64,000 nt of DNA from Macrostomum lignano (Eukaryota), in NCBI GenBank assembly GCA_002269645.1, contig NIVC01000422.1, positions 550,219 through 614,218 on the forward strand, in the 5' to 3' direction. Positions within the stretch are counted from its first letter, which is position 1. Every line of letters starts with the position of its first letter. Positions 63,000-64,000 of the stretch are shown here, piece by piece. Under the pieces are notes generated by a model. That model was not told where the DNA came from. It saw only the letters and a program-made list of their open reading frames with translations, and did not search any database. Made by a program: the position numbers and the translations under genes.

Positions 63000-63915
63000 A
63001 CGGAAGGATGCAGGGAGCTAGGAGGGATGCAGGGAGCTAGGAGGATGCAGGGAGCTAGAGGGATACAGGGAGCTAGGAGGGATGCAGGGAGCTAGGAGGG
63101 ATGCAGGGAGCTAGGAGGGATGCAGGGAGCTAGGAGGGATGCAGGGAGCTAGGAGGGATGCAGGGAGCTAGGAGGGATGCAGGGAGCTAGGAGGGATGCA
63201 GGGAGCTAGGAGGGCTGCAGGGAGCTAGGAGGGATACAGGGAGCTAGGAGGGATGCAGGGAGCTAGGAGGCTGCAGGAGCTAGGAGGATACAGGGAGCTA
63301 GGAGGGATGCAGGGAGCTAGGAGGGATGCAGGAGCTAGGAGGGATACAGGGAGCTAGGAGGGATGCAGCGAGCTAGCAGGAGGATACAGGGATGCAGGGA
63401 GCTAGCAGGATTCAGGGAGCTAGCAGAGATGCAGGGAGCTAGCAGAGATGCAGGAGCTAGCAGAGATGCAGGGAGCTAGCAGAGATGCAGGGAGCTAGCA
63501 GGATTCAGGGCTAGCAGAGATGCAGGGAGCTAGCAGAGATGCAGGGAGCTAGCAGAGATGCAGGGAGCTAGCAGAGATGCAGGGAGCTAGCAGAGATGCA
63601 GGGAGCTAGCAGAGATGCAGGGAGCTAGCAGAGATGCAGGGAACTAGCAGAGATGCAGGGAGCTAGCAGAGATGCAGGGAGCTAGCAGAAATGCAGGGAG
63701 CTAGCAGAGATGCAGGAGCTACAGAGATGCAGGGACAGCAGAGATGCAGGGAGCTAGCAGAGATGCAGGGAGCTAGCAGGGATGGCAGGGAGCTAGCAGA
63801 GATGCAGGAGCTATCAGGGATGCAGGGAGCTAGCAGAGATGCAGGGAGCTAGCAGGGATGCAGGGAGCTAAGCAGAGATGCAGGGAGCTAGCAGGATGCA
63901 GGGGCTGGCAGAGAT
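63000..63915 (+). repeat. 19-bp minisatellite GGAGGGATGCAGGGAGCTA switching to GCAGAGATGCAGGGAGCTA
   Basis: Tandem units, with the variant switch near 63,400. Confidence 0.95.
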
Positions 63916-64000
63916 GCAGCGAGGTGCAGCGATGTATGAATCCGCAAGTCACCGATCAGTCGGAGATGAAGGAGAGACAGATCGTATAATAAAGTTTATG

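Larger units (their letters stand above)
30800..63000 (+). other. Tandem segmental-duplication array of several-kb units carrying the glycine-rich gene and conserved flanks
   Basis: Recurring non-coding blocks: CTCAGAC(C/T)TTCTTCCACATCTA..TGATT..GTCTCTAG at ~34303, 37860, 39690, 52762, 57937; GGAGGT.TTT(T)TAGACG.GC at ~36558, 42150, 55080, 62863; 31500-31760 vs 49830-50060; 50280-51800 vs 55740-57670. Confidence 0.85.

Overview
Animal nuclear DNA. The satellite-packed introns and gene style suggest a free-living flatworm such as Macrostomum (inference only). Left half (1-30 kb): three co-oriented housekeeping genes, SEC16 (5'-truncated), XRCC1 and galactokinase GALK1, plus a possible small unannotated gene near 14.5-15.6 kb. 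Almost every intron there is phase 0 and filled by its own minisatellite. Right half (30-64 kb): a segmentally duplicated birth-and-death cluster of small, apparently secreted proteins built as signal peptide + PAN/apple-like module + ALK/LTK-type glycine-rich domain, with no transmembrane or kinase part. It has two intact copies, three damaged copies and two orphan fragments, and the variation is concentrated in short loops. A signal peptide + PAN-like + F-type (fucose) lectin gene with a canonical HX26RXDX4R motif sits inside the cluster. Also present: a tRNA-derived SINE family (one copy with a 13-bp TSD), a second SINE-like family, Ty3/Gypsy RNase H remnants, a 2.7-kb insertion with partial direct repeats, and two minimal hammerhead-like motifs. 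Several 1-bp deletions and a 'ghost' exon copy suggest long-read assembly errors. Exon boundaries were read by hand from GT/AG context and homology; repeat boundaries are approximate.
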